Assembly: GCA_051294905.1 (NCBI GenBank)
Contig: CM119371.1
Location: 34,226,001-34,290,000 of the forward strand
Length of the DNA stretch: 64,000 nucleotides
Direction of reading: 5' to 3'
DNA from: Botryllus schlosseri
Lineage: Eukaryota
Under the pieces are notes generated by a model. That model was not told where the DNA came from. It saw only the letters and a program-made list of their open reading frames with translations, and made no database searches. Both the position numbers and the translations under genes were made by a program. Shown here piece by piece: positions 25,437-39,307 of the stretch. The stretch's first letter is position 1; every line of letters starts with the position of its first letter.

Positions 25437-28400
25437 CACTAGAACGATCAAGTGGCTTTTTTGACGCATTTTCATTTTTTAAGAGCTGGCATTCAGTAAA
25501 ATCTCACGCTGTTCTGCTGAAACTTCTTGACTTTTATTTATTTGATGTAGGCCACCTTACCCATGATTTTCATCACTCATCTGGTACAAATAAAAAAGTT
25601 ATACACATAACTACCTAGAACTACCGAGTGGCTTTTTTGACGCATTACACTTTTTCTACCTTCAGGCATCGCAGTTTCATAATCTTGAAAGTGGTTATGT
25701 ATCTGATAAACGCAGAAAAGCCGTTTGTAACAACAGAACTTAGTTAATATCGACTCGGTCTAACTGTGTTAGCAACAACATCCCTTGTAATAGAAGGCCC
25801 TGGATCTTCCTCGTTCCAAGTCACCAAAGCTCTGTAATATTATATTTCTGAAGCTCAGCGTGTTACAGGACATGAAATTTGAAATGTACCATCAGACCAA
25901 GCCGACATCTGTATTGTCCATACTAATATACTAGGGTTGTACAAGGGCAAAGGGTCTTTGCTCCGGTCTACGAGCTGGATCTTCGGGGGGAGAGTGAGCT
26001 GAATCTAGTGAATTGAATGCATATGAGGACTGAGGGCATGGGTGCATTATGTTTAGTCAGGCCCTCTCGAAGAACAGATTTATGGAAGTCATGATCTTTC
26101 CATTGACATAAGGAGTAAAAAAAGGTGTTTATTCGATACAAATAATATGCTTTTCGTTCATTACAAGGTCGAAATGCCAGCAAATAATTGGGGTAAAATG
26201 TCAGATGGTGGACGCTGCTGCTACCAAGTATCTGTACAAGGGCGTCTCATATTTAGGCAAGGATAGGACAGGATACCTCTTCCATAATCTATACATTTGC
26301 CAAGCATAGTAATGTGAAGAGTCTGATGTAATCCATCTCGAAACAATGTTACGTGAATGTGGCTGTATACGCTTGGAGAAGCAAACGAAGTCCCAGTTGA
26401 CACTATTGTCAAAAGTTGCTTGACGCTATCTAGGACCAGAAGGAACACAGGCAGCTTCATGTCGCCACACTTTTCAAAGCTATCATCTTGTTGATAAGCG
26501 TAACGGCGAGATGCCAGTGTCGAGATCGAATTTGTACATATATATATTGAGTTCACTGCAACTTGAGGTAACTGTTTCCTTCAGAAACAACACAAACAAG
26601 AAACCAGTGACGGTTAAATGTTATAACGAAACAAAACCAGGGGGATATTATTGGTCAGGTTGCAAGGCAGTATTCTATGAGGGTACCAACAAGTCGACGA
26701 TGGTCCGTGCATGTTTTCTTAGAATGTGAATGATCGTCTACTTGCCAAAATGCCGATACTCTAAAAATATGCAAATCGAGGATTAGTTGCAAAATTGAAT
26801 TATGCAAATCTTATCTGATAAGCTTTATGATATGTCAGCAATAACCAACAATGATGATGTGCCTAAAGCGGATCCGGAACCTACTCTAAATTTTTAAAGA
26901 ACGTGCTTAAATACCAAATGCGCACCAGAGCAACACTTGTATGTTACACCAAAAACGGCGATTTCTTTTATAAGTGTTGACCTAAGGTGTATGTAAAATA
27001 TTGCAAGTAGCTGTGAGCGCAATAAAAAATGGTTTCTGATGCCGTTTTTGAGATTTGTGCTGATTTTTAGCTCCGGTAAGTGCATTTAACCGTTTCGCAC
27101 CGGCGTGTCTATTTTTCGACATGCCGGTACGAGAGATGGGTGCCGTAATTGAAACCACGATATATTACATATTAATCGTGCTAGGTCGTTGTTGTTCATT
27201 TCTGTGAATAGATATTGTTCGTACAAGTTCATTGATACCTTGTTATTTGATATTTATTATATCGAAGACGTCAAAATCGTATATCAAACACCGTGGATAA
27301 TTATGTTGCAAAATGCACTGTGTCGGCAATTCGCGCGTCATTGACCACAATCAGATAACGTTCTGTATGTTTCGTTCTAGCCGCCTTCGGGCATAGTTGT
27401 TTCATTATGTCAATAGCTAGTGTCCATACAAGTCCACACATATCTTCATATCTGATATTAGTTACATCTAAGCTGATCAAAAGCTATGTGATAGGCCGCG
27501 TGACAAAAATATCCGCCGAAGCATCATTTCGCAGACACGCGCGTTCCTCATACCCGCCATATACACTGTCGTTTAGTTGGTTTTATTCGTCATAACCAGC
27601 TGTAGTTTGTTGCTATGAATAGCGATTGTCAGTTTCTGTTTATATTGTGCTAAAGCAACGATACTAGTTAGTTCTATACCGCTCAAGGTTTCATTTGAAA
27701 ACCGGGAAGCGAATTCCGTCAGACTACCGTACCAGCCACAAGCACATGGCTGAATACCCGTCACATAACGTGAAATATATCGTGTTCTAATAGGCATACA
27801 CCTTCATAGATTGTGTCTGTGAATTGTTGTTGTCTATATGATTCTAAATAACGGCTAATGGTAAAGTATAATTCGGAATACATACAATATTACTCAGCGA
27901 TTATACCTACGCAAAAGCGTGCGTCTGGGTATACAAAGAGCTGTCGTACATCGATATATATCTTACGTTGTAGTAATGATAAGCATTTGCAGTAAATCAT
28001 TATGGTAAGGACTGTAAATATCCGTCTACGAACACTAAAATGACTAATATAGGGTCACAACAGTTAGAGTTATAAGCCTTCGAAGTTACCATACGCGCGC
28101 GAATGACGCGCCATGACTCACTCTCTCGGCGGTCTGCCGCGAGCTGACTAAAGCGGTCGGCATTGTTTTGATTAGAAATTAGCGCCTGCTAGACGTAGAC
28201 CGTCGACTCAGGGCTCTCTAGAACGATGAATTCTGAGCATATACAATACACCAGACTGTATGGTCGTCGAATACCTATACTAAGGTTCATAAGGTCCGCA
28301 ATATAGCATTTCTGTTTCCAACCAACGTTTTCACGGCTTGCTATTGATATAAGTGGCCAGACACAGAGCTCAAAATGATTTGAGTGGCGCAATCGGATCC

Positions 28401-28600
28401 GCGTTGAAATTCTGAATCGAACGCTACCTTGTTTACCGGGCTCCAATCCCATTAAGGCACAGTTTTTCGATTTTGAAAATTGAAGTAAAATTTTTCGAAA
28501 ATTGCAGCCGTTGCCATTCGGTTAATCGGAAAAGATTCAACACGCGTCAAAAAAGCCACATGGTAGTTCTAGGTAGTTCGAAGTTCCGGTAGTTCTAGTG
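25437..28600. mobile_element. piggyBac-like element, degenerate
   Basis: TTAA|CACTAGAAC...GTTCTAGTG|TTAA and subterminal inverted GTGGCTTTTTTGACGC. + strand ~26550-26720 LSSL..KKP...YNETK.G...YS....RRW..VF resembles the piggyBac transposase C-terminus. Confidence 0.72.
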
Positions 28601-29779
28601 TTAATTGGTTATTGTTCATTTTCAATTTACAGGAGGGTTATCATTATTGAAAGCAAGAAATGGAGCGAAAAAATTGTCGACATGGGCAAAGAAAAATTTG
28701 AAATTGAACAAATCCGGCGTGAAATATTCTAATATATGGTAATATAAGAATATCTACGAAAAATGTGGCTGCCCCGGGCTACGCTAATGCGTCGTAAGCG
28801 ATATTTTAGTCATCAATATCTCAAATTTCGCGGTCACGCTAATCAACTTTTGGTTGGATTTTCAAGTTAACGATAATCTATTTTGCAATGGCAATTCATT
28901 TTTAATAATATAAGTAATTTCGAAAATTACCTCGCGGGCCACTATAAAAACCTTTTGGTGGTCATATTTTACCCGCAGGCCACGGGTTGGTCGCCTCTGC
29001 ACTATTGACTATAATGGTTGGTGTTGTATCACTTACACTCCTTTGTAATATTTTCGGCTAACTAAACGGCATTGTAGGACTGAGTATTTATGGGATGGGC
29101 AAACAGGATTATGCATTTCAATGTAGGGTATCTCTGCAATTATGCATTTGTGGAATGTGTTAGTTACATTTAGAAGTTAGAAAATCAAAATCCACATCCC
29201 CAGTCAAAGCCATTTTTACCTATATGTTGCCTGCATACTGTATAAGCAGTGTGCCGTGTCCCCAGTCTGGTGATTCGATTACATGTTGATATAATACTAA
29301 TTGTAATTGGGGGTATTTAATGTCATCATTTAAAGTGTTTGTTTATGAATACTTATTGTCGTTTTAAAGTTACAGGTTGGTATGATAAAAACAAGAATAG
29401 CTAAATCAATTATGCCTACTATAGTGCTGCTATTCGATCTATTCTAGCACATGCTCGCAGGTTACTCATCTGGTTTTCGCGGGCTAACCTGCGACCCGCG
29501 GGCACCGCATTGGTGACCCCTGATCTATTGTCCATTGTCTATTGTTCGAATTTCATATTTGAGAATTCTGATATCAATAGCCATAACCTTCAATGCCATC
29601 AAACTATCCGTTGGGAATGCTTGCAATCTGATTTCTCTCTTTAATATTTCGTAATATCACGAGAAGGGGGCACGGAATTTTTCACTATAAAAAAAAAGGG
29701 GGGGGGTGTCTAGACAAGTTTGAGAACCACTGTCATACAGTATACTGTGAAGAAGTAACAGGATTAATATCAGCTTTGT

Positions 29780-30150
29780 GCAAAGGCCACAGATCGGTGA
29801 ACTGATCAAAGACGACGGTTTTACCGCACATATGAGGGTAGCAGAAAAATGACCATTGGCAGCTTCTCGAGTAGCCTAGTCATTTAAAAATTCCCAGGCA
29901 AGCATAGAAGCCTTGATTACGAAGCACATGTCAAAGAGCTCCTTGAAAGCTTTCAATCCCTTGTAGCCCTGAGGTCTGTGAAAATGCACTTTCTGACTTC
30001 TCATTAGGATTACTTTCCAGTCAACTGTGGTGATTACAGCGAACAACAAGGTGAAAGATTCCACCAAGACCTTGACCAGATGGTACAACGGTATCAAGGA
30101 TACAGGGACCTAAACATGTTTACAGATAACCGTTGGTGATTGAAGAGAGA
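29780..30150 (+). mobile_element. Chapaev-3-like transposase C-terminal remnant
   Basis: Translates KMHFLTSH*DYFPVNCGDYSEQQGERFHQDLDQMVQRYQG...W*LKR. Confidence 0.75.
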
Positions 30151-31874
30151 TCCGCACATAAATCCATACATGGAAAAGAATATTTGAAGTGACATTTATT
30201 GTCAGCATAAATCATTTGTATCTTATATTGATATTGTATTTATCCTCGGAATATCTGTATCAGTTTCTTACATCATCTGAATTCACACAACGCTTTCTTT
30301 GTTACGCTATTTTGAACACTTCGTTTTCATTTCATGCTTAACACATTGATATTGGCAAGCATTTCGCATTTAAAACGCATATGTGATGTTAAGTGTTTAC
30401 GTATCTATAGTGCAACATATTTACTTTTATCTTCTTCTGTTAGGTTGAGCGCCATTGAACAAAATTATGATTTCTTGGTTAGTTGAAGGTGCCATTATTT
30501 CGACTTGGTTATTATATTTTAGTAGTATTTAATACGGCTGTCATTGCAAAACCTTGAATTCAGATGAAAATACCATCTTGCAGAAATTGACAACATGCGT
30601 GACCAATTAAGCTACCACATAAATTAGTTTCTTGGTGTAGAATAATGACCAAAAGCTAGCATAATTGGATATGCCGTGTAGAAAAAACTTGACCTGATTA
30701 AGAAAATATGTTTGCATTTTTGATTTCAGCGCAAAGAATTGTCCCAGAAACAGTTAAAACATATTTGACCTTTGAAAATTAATTTTCAAACTCAGCACAA
30801 TGTAATCGACCGTAAAAGTACCCAATAAGGTATTGTGCAATTTACGCCTGAAAGGCATGACTGAGGGGTGTTTTTGACGTGTATGAAAAAGCAAAATTCT
30901 GTCACAACTGTAGCGTTGGGTCAAAAAATTGTCAAAATTGCTTACAAAGTCAAAATCTTCTCGCAAACTGCATTTTGTTTGTATCGTGGATGTTTGAACT
31001 GTCGGTTTGAACTTATCATTTGTCATTTTCATCTTGTAGACTACTTTATAGATTTACCGTTGTAGACGGACGATGGTCTGCTCATTGTGTATTATAAATG
31101 GTCAAATGAAACAATAGATTGACAGGGCGCTATGCTCAACGTACCGCAATATCCCATCTGAAGCAAGACTGCGTGTGTATTGGCTATTGGCTCTTACATG
31201 AAGAAGCGCATGAATAAAAATTGTTATTTAGCCAACATTGTTAGAATGAAGCAACACCGGGTGTCACCAGCAATGTACGCACAACTTCAGTGTTGCCAGC
31301 CGACAACTGCTTCCTACAATCTTAGTAAGAACAAACACATTCTACCCGTATCTTTCGTTGTACTACATAAATTTGGCCAATTTCTACTATATTGCGTGAT
31401 GTAAGTACTGGAATTCTTCCTGGTTCCAGATCTCGTTGAGGTAAAGTTTTTTCATGTAAATATTGTCAGTGTTTAAGTCAAAAAGTTTTTTCAGGACGAA
31501 CTACTTCGTAAGAACAGACAGTTCCAACCAGAGATGAAGATAAGTAGTGCAATTCTAATATTATGTGCGAGATTACCTAATTTACATACATGACGGCAAA
31601 ATCTTCCATTTTTAGGTAAAAATTCAACATAGTGCTGACCCACCTATCCATGCTCTTATTGGCTGCAGATCATTGAGTGCGAACAATGGACGAACCATGA
31701 CTGTTGTGTGGTACGCCGTGTGCAGTGACGTATACGGTCGTATAATCAGTTTGTTTGTGGTTCGAAATCGAAATTCCGTACTTCTGATCCACCGATTCTA
31801 TCTTCTATATTCATTAGGTCATTTTGAATTGGTATCACTTTGTTGCGATTTGATCGAGCTATAACCCCTAACAC

Positions 31875-32278
31875 TAGGCTTACCATACGTCCCGTTTTAG
31901 GCGGGACAGTCCCGCTTTTTAACGTCTTGTCCCGGCGTCCCGACCAGTCAGCCAAACGTCCCGCTTTTTAAGGCCGTAAGGTATAGGCTTACTTTTTTAA
32001 AAAATTTAGGTCAGATTTAGAGCAAATAGCGAGTGATATGCCGCAAATTAGCACCGAAGTGACGCTCCGGCGAGAATTTCGGAGCGAAAAACTGTGATTT
32101 TAGCCCTGAGCGAAAAGCTGACCTTTTTTTTTTTAGTCATCCACCTGGCAATGTGGAGTGAAAAACGGTATTTTGAGATCTGAGCGGGCCGGTTTTTGAG
32201 AATTCGTCTCCGGTTTTGCAAGTCCTAAATTTCTGAAAAAGTGTCCCCCTTTTAGATTTCCAAAATATGGTAAGCCTA
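31875..32278 (+). mobile_element. hAT MITE (TAGGCTTACCATA family)
   Basis: TIR TAGGCTTACCATA / TATGGTAAGCCTA and TSD CCTAACAC. Confidence 0.88.
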
Positions 32279-33449
32279 CCTAACACGATACTTTCAAACG
32301 CGAAGCCTCGTAATTTCGAACTGGTATCTCAAAGGGGAAAGCAGTATAGTCACACTTGTTGGCCATAAATACTCATTACACTGTTTTTGTTTTGTTTGAA
32401 TATCATATTGTATTGGTTTTTTTCTTTGGGCCCTTTTTGGTGCACATTTCATTTTGTGAACAAGTAAACTACAATAAGTCATTGTATATGTAATTGGTAG
32501 ATCATTATTTTAATTAATCACCGAAAATTCCGCCGTCACCTCGGCTTCGTTATCGCTTGCAGATTAGCGTGATGGCTTCACAGTTAGTCATGGATTCATA
32601 TACTCGATTCCGAATCAGTGAGTTGGATTTTCCATGTACATAATATGGTACAATTTAAAATAGTTTATTGTTTGGTTTTGCAGCATATGATATGATTCAA
32701 TTGCAAACATTGCATAATAATCAGAGGAAAGAGTCGCGGAGCATATATGCAACACGAACATGCGCTCAGATTTCTGATCTGGCCCATAAACCACTCGGCC
32801 AACAAGTCAAGCCATCAGCGAAATTCGAGGCCAGTCCTGTAACCACTGAGCTACCGCGGCTGCGAGTAATGACAGTTAACATTGGCAACCAATTTCTTGA
32901 ATCTGAAAGGATTAGCATGTGTTGCGGTTACTATCTTCATCGCGTGTGGTCGCAATGGTTGAGGATTTACGATATTCAGATGTTGCATAGGCCTACCGTC
33001 TTTCGTAATGAAAGAGTGTGACTTAGAAACATAACAGGTTCGAGATCTGCTGGTAAACATATGCCTGTTTTCACTGATTACTGCCGACAAGAAAACTATC
33101 AATAATAACTCACCTCTCACATGATACCTGGGGTGTCCCCTGTCGAGTTCTGGGCGAGGTTTAATACATACCGTTCAATTAAATTCCATACCATACCATA
33201 CCATGTTCTGCACTCCACTAGCCTAATCAGAGAAGTAAAGTTGATAATTTGGAGGTATTTGTTGTTCCTTCAACATTGCTATTTTCGCGACAAGCTCTCT
33301 GTTGTCAAGAAAGCAACCGTAATAAGGGCTCTAGTTTATCCGAGTCACGTTGATGCTTGAGTATTGGCCGGTCGCAATCTATATATAAATACCCTAAGCG
33401 ACATCGTCGAGCGATTCAATAGCAGCGAACAACAATGCCTGATATAGAA

Positions 33450-34046
33450 ATATCTATGAAGAGGCTTCAGTACGAGTACAAGAAATTTTTGCAAGAGCCG
33501 GATGAACTTTCTATAAGAGCAGGGCCAATCGATAAATCGGACTTGTATCATTGGTGGGCGACGATAAAAGGACCACGCTGAACACCATTTGAAGAGGGGG
33601 TATTTCGAATTACCATCCAATATCCAACAGAATATCCTTTCAAACCCCCTAAAATGCGATTCGAAACCAAGATTTTCCATCCAAATATCTGCAGAAGGGG
33701 TACGATATGCGTGGATATTTTGCAAAAGCAATGGTCACCAGCCCTTACGACGTCGAAAGTGCTTATGTCGATATGTTCTTTGCTTGCTTCTCCTGATCTC
33801 GATCACCCTGTAGACGCCGAGAGTGCAATTATGTACCTGGAGAACCCGGTGCTATATTCAGAGAAGGCGAAGTGCTGGACGCAATTATACGCCAACGCTG
33901 ACCTTGGCGTCACAGAAGAACAAAGCGGAATCATCCCCCATCAAACCGAAGTATTCAGTCTATTTTGCGTGCCGGTGGAATATTTAACCCCCCTTTTCGA
34001 CGTGGGGGAGCGCGTATGGTCGTTCATATTTCGAATAAGCAAATAG
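33450..34046 (+). pseudogene. UBE2D-like E2 copy 2, probable pseudogene with C-terminal extension
   Basis: Colinear with copies 1 and 3 without frameshift. First ATG changed to ATA (33450), second ATG at 33456, in-frame TGA at 33579-33581 (Gly44), plus P43R and G49E. Catalytic Cys retained ([15 protein letters not shown]). TATA at ~33382-33391. Confidence 0.88.
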
Positions 34047-34084
34047 AACAATGGGGTAACGTTCGTTTTGGATTGTGTAGTTTG

Positions 34085-34350
34085 TAGAGGTGGTCAGTAA
34101 CGAAGTACTTCTACTTTTTGAAGTACTTGAAGTAGATTTTGCCTACTCACACTACTTTTTAAGTAGTTATGATTTTAGACTACTTCTACTTCTACTTGAC
34201 AGTTTTCAGTTTTGTAGGCAAAAATAGGCGTAAAATACCTACTTACTTACTTACTTGTGAACCACCACTCTTACTTCTACTTGAGTAGAAATTTCGGCGT
34301 TACTTTTACTTCTACTTGAGTAGCGACGATGACTACTTTGACCACCTCTG
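34085..34350. mobile_element. hAT MITE with CTACTT repeats, just downstream of the copy 2 stop codon
   Basis: TIR TAGAGGTGGTCA / TGACCACCTCTG and TSD GTAGTTTG. Confidence 0.85.
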
Positions 34351-37300
34351 GTAGTTTGATGATTACCTCTCTTTTAATTTTGCTTCATTCCCTTTTCTGC
34401 TTTATTTTTCATTTTTATTTTATTTAGTGGTGTACATTATTCTTCTGATTTATTCATGTCTGTGGGTCATATAATGGCCACGTCCCTGTGGTCACAGACC
34501 TGGTGTTTCACATGGTACATGCCCAGGAACGCTGAATTACAGTGATATGTAGTACCCTGGCCAAATACTATGGACGCAAATGTACGGCAGCGCCTATTTT
34601 GTGTGGTGGAGGAATAGCTACCCTCGCTTTTTGACGTAGGAGAGTGCATATGGTCGTTTATATCGGGAAGAAACGAATAGGACAATCAAGGGTCACTACG
34701 GCGACTCACTGTTGGTATCGCAGTATACTACAAATGCACAATCGTGGCGCCACGATTAATGTAGCTCCCAGCAGCGGGGGAGATAACGTAGTGGTTAGGA
34801 TAAGCGTCTACGAATCAGACCGCGGCCGTCGCCGCTCATACGGAAAAAAGACCCGACGAAAAAAAGCACTCAAAAGGAATGGAAAGAACTAGAAAGGGCC
34901 GCGGCTTCAAAACATCAACATCGAAAACAACGGGCACTCCAGTCCGAGGTGGATGTCAGTCTAAAAGACCGCAACTGCGCGTCGTTTGGCATCCTCCTAC
35001 TGACTCATTACATCGCATTGTGTCTTATGGGCTTATCGCATTGTACATTGTGTGCGTCGTATTCAGATGAAGAAATATATCTCGAGGATTATTGGTTATT
35101 GTTGCTTATAAAACCACGTTATATTAGGCCTACTTAACTGAGTGCATACTACATAGGCTTACTACTTCATGACGCTTGAAATCTACAATCATAAAATTTA
35201 TATATAATTGTCGACATCGGCTGTATTATATGATATCCAATGGAATGATGACATACGCATTAAACAGTTAAACAGATAGTAACAATAATGCAGACGGGGA
35301 ATCTGCGAGTGTTGAAAAAATATTCTAAAATCTGGATCAACTTCGGGCACCTAATAATAATATATCAGCATTCGGGGAGGAATGAATATGAATATGTTGC
35401 GAAATCATATGCCAGGTCACGTGTTGAAGTCCATGCTTTAGATCGTGAGGCGTGTTTTTGATTGAGCCAGTTGATTTTGTGCTGTGGGCGTTATTCATTC
35501 TTTATTTACATCATGCGGGGGGAAGTTCTAAGTTGAATTGCGAAAAACGTGAGTTAATGTTTTAAAATATCTGAGAAATTTTCATTTGCACCTTTGTAAA
35601 TAAAGTCCACATGCATGCAATATATGTTTTGAGCTCGAAAGATTTTTGCGTGCCCCTTATCAAGAGTCGGCGCTACAATAGCTCACTTAAGTCGGCGAAG
35701 TTGTACCGTCTGCGTCGATCTTCGACAATGAGAGGTCGCTAGTAGAGATGGTGTGAACCCCTGAAAGGTTCAGTTCTATATTGCTTGAGAAAGAAGCTCA
35801 CTGCCTCGGCGTTAAAGCCAAAAATAAAAAAGAAAAAATGTATTAGGTAAAAAAGATCAATCGCTCAAAATTGAACTTTTCGAGCTTTCGCAGTAGCTTA
35901 GAAATGGATTGTGCTACAAGTCGGTAGCTACGGCAGAAAAATGCACAATATCGGCTAGGTGTAAACGACCTTAGTAGTCGACAAACGCCATAAATACCAC
36001 AATCAAACGATCAAACATGGTGTCGCTGCTTCGCTCGTGATTAGCCATATGTCCGTGCTGCGCAGCGTGCCACCCCATAGCCGCCTGTCGCCCCTGAGGA
36101 GCCCAGAGAAACCTCTGACACGTAGAATTTGGTCAGAACCGGGATTCGAACCCACTTCCAATAGTGGTATCTCAATAAGACATTTCTGATCTATTATTTA
36201 ACTTCTATTTAACATCGTTAACGCGGGCAATAAACGTACGAACCTCTCATTTCAAAGGAATTGTCTGCAACCAGTGCCAGCAATGGTGCGATAATACGGA
36301 TTTGGTCGCCACGGGGCCCAGTCGCCCGGGTCGTCGCGGGGCCCAGTCGGTAGCCCCGAGGACATCGGACCCCCTGGTAGAGTTGGCCCAGAGTGCTGCC
36401 CCTGCCGCAGAGTCGTAGAGCTCATAGACATAGGGATCCCATGTGACTTGGTGTTACAGATATGCAATCGTTTATGGGGTGAAAACCCTATGATCGGCCG
36501 TGAATTGATAAGGAGTCGGTAATTAGTTTGTTAAGCTACAGCACCCTACGATTGCTGACCAGGTTAACGAATAATTGTGAAATCACAGAATCAGACTTTG
36601 GTCATGACTTGAAAACAAATAGTCGGAAAAGTGTTCTATGATCTATGTTCTATGTTTATTCTTTTATATGCCATCGACATAACGGTTTGTTAAGTTGAAT
36701 CGATACCTGAATATTACCACCGACATTGTCGACATTGACCCAGCTGCCTTTCGGATATTCACACGATCGCCATTCCACTCTCTTCACACAATAAAGAATC
36801 AAGACCACCTTTCTTCGTGTGCTAAGTAGGCTATAGAATCACGAGAATATTCACTCACTGAGGTAATTTGTTCCATTGAAATTAAAATCTTAACAAAAAC
36901 ACGCACCATAGTACGATTAACAATTCAATTGTCACCAAAGGAATTTGGGTATAGTTTGGTTGAAAATCCAACATTTTGTAGGGGTTGCATAACTTCGTCG
37001 CCTGCAGGTTCGGTTTACCTTCGCTACATGACCGTTGAAGCTCTGCTCTTGTTCAGTTTACGGTGTGATTCTTTCTTCTAGTTCGTTCTTCATTTTGTCC
37101 TGGATTGTCTCCGATCGTGGTTCGTGCTCCTGCCAGTGGCGGCTCGTCCTATAGGGCAGCTGGGGCATTGCCCACATAAAATTCTGTTCAATAACAATTC
37201 TTTACCATTTATAGACGCACACCAATCTATATATACCGAAATCACAGCGAAAATCGTATTCTTCTTGTCCTTTCGCATACAAATGCCCATATATAGCGAA

Positions 37301-37899
37301 GTCTCCGCGAAAATCGAATTCTCTTCTGTGTTTTCGCTTTGCGAATGCTAGCCGGGGCATGCCCCTCAAAGCCGCGCACAATAAAGAAATGGTGATTTAC
37401 TGTCTCCTATTCATAAAATTACCGAGCAACCGGGGCACAATAGCTCGTGCCCCTAAGGTGTGATGTAACAATCGTATCTATAGCTGAACTCGGTTACCGT
37501 CATATGGGTTTAGTCGACAATTGCTGGTATTGGTCGATTTTGATGGTGTTTCACACCATGAAAAGTCTTGAAACTTGGTATGTCATGTCGTGATGGTGGT
37601 ATCTAACACTGCCCCAAGTTTCAGGGTTTCTACTTAAAGTTTAGGGTAGTAATTCCGTTTCCGAAGTTGAGTGTGTGCTGATCCGTCATGTATCGCAAAC
37701 AGATTTTACTCAAAAGCCGGTATTGGTATCCTTTGATTTTGACGATGTTCAATACCAGGGGTGGGCAAACTTTTGAACCAGCAGGCCGCATTCAACATCG
37801 GTATCCATTCGCGGGCCGCACTATATGAAATTGGGAATATAAACCAAAACGCAATATTGCTAATATATTATATAGTGAGGACATGAATATGATATATAT

Positions 37900-38852
37900 T
37901 AGGGATGGTGTGAACCTCTGAAAGGTTCAGGTTCGTGTGAACGTGAACCTTTTTGAAAGGTTCTGTGTGAACACGAACGTGAACCTCATGACGTCACGTG
38001 ACGTCATATTGCTAATTTTAACGCCATATTTCAATTAGGTGATTGCCTATATTAATCTACTGTACACGATACCGAGCGACGACTCGGGGCCACATAGTAG
38101 CTCAGTACTTAAGTATACATATTTACGTTTTAAACGTCGCCAAATGTATCAACTGAGGCAATCAAATGATATAATAATCCCATAAAATTAGTATCTTGAG
38201 TAGCTTTGCCATAAATTTCGACCTGATCGGACAATGTATTCGGCGTCTGAGTATTGCTACATGGATATTGAGCAGAGTGTAAAATGGGTTTCTATACTTG
38301 CTACCGATATTACCCCATTAACAAGTTATACAGCAGTATAGCCAACACCCCAGTCGCACGGATTTGGTTTTTATGATACAGTATACATATGTAGTCAAGA
38401 TTGACCCCGTACGCCTGCTAGATTTTTACATCAGAAGACGATATCAATCTCATTGATTGGTTGAATTAGGATCATTCGCTGACAAAATACAGTGTATTTC
38501 GCTCTTGATGTCATGTGATTGCGGGTCAAGCTCACAGCACAGAGACACTAAATGTGCACAAACGGAAAGCTGGATATTTCGAGCAAACTTTTGTAACAAT
38601 ATTTTTTGAGATTGTCAAGGGCATGCTCGTTTAGTGTTGAATGTTTATGCTGCCAGCTCCATGCATAGAGTGGCCCGCAGTTGAAAGTCAATAAATGTGA
38701 ACCAAAGATGTTATAATGAAGTGAAAATTGCAATATATGAAAAAGGTTCACAGTGCAGAACCTACCAAGGTTCTGTTGTGAACGCGAACCTCAAATTTTC
38801 CGAGGTTCACACACAGAACGCGAACGTGAACCTCACGTTCACACCATCCCTA
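37900..38852 (+). mobile_element. hAT-type MITE with GTGAAC repeats (copy B), nested
   Basis: TIR TAGGGATGGTGTGAAC and TSD ATATATAT. Confidence 0.9.
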
Positions 38853-38914
38853 ATATATATGCTTATTTGAAACATCGCGTCAGAAACAGTAGCGAGATTT
38901 CATAGGCTGGTCGA

Positions 38915-39108
38915 CGATGTTCCCTCTAACCTGCGCACGTGCGGAAATGCGCAGTCCTGACACGGTATCTGCGCACAGAAAATCTAACTTGCGCACAAAA
39001 AATCTGAAAGTATGACCTTTTATTTAGTCGTTACGCCCTATTGTCCAAGCGTCTGCGTAGTGAGCTGGTGAGTGTGCGCAGACTCGTCAATAATTCGAGG
39101 GAACATTG
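38915..39108. mobile_element. Small MITE (ATGTTCCCTC TIR, TGCGCA repeats), nested
   Basis: TIRs and flanking TGGTCGA(C) duplication. Second copy at ~45414-45597. Confidence 0.8.
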
Positions 39109-39307
39109 TGGTCGACCTCAACCAATTTGTCAAAACTGTAGGGATGAAAGTCGGTTGTCCCGATTCTTATAACAGTATTGAAATTTAATCTGTGAGCAGC
39201 GGTCTGCTCAAAGATTTACTATTTTCACTTTTGGTTCAGTTCCAGGATCAACAATGCTAACAGCATCATAACCATATTAGCTTCTAACACGCTTCTACTG
39301 TGTAGAT

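Noticed and set aside
33579..33581. Selenocysteine recoding of the in-frame TGA in copy 2
   Set aside because: The position is a Gly, not a Cys, in the paralogs. Other disabling changes lie nearby and no SECIS was recognised.
36125..36165. tRNA gene on the - strand (GGTTCGAATCCCGGTTCTGACCA); similar A-box at ~32840-32862
   Set aside because: Only a T-arm/B-box or A-box is present and no full cloverleaf. More likely SINE head fragments.
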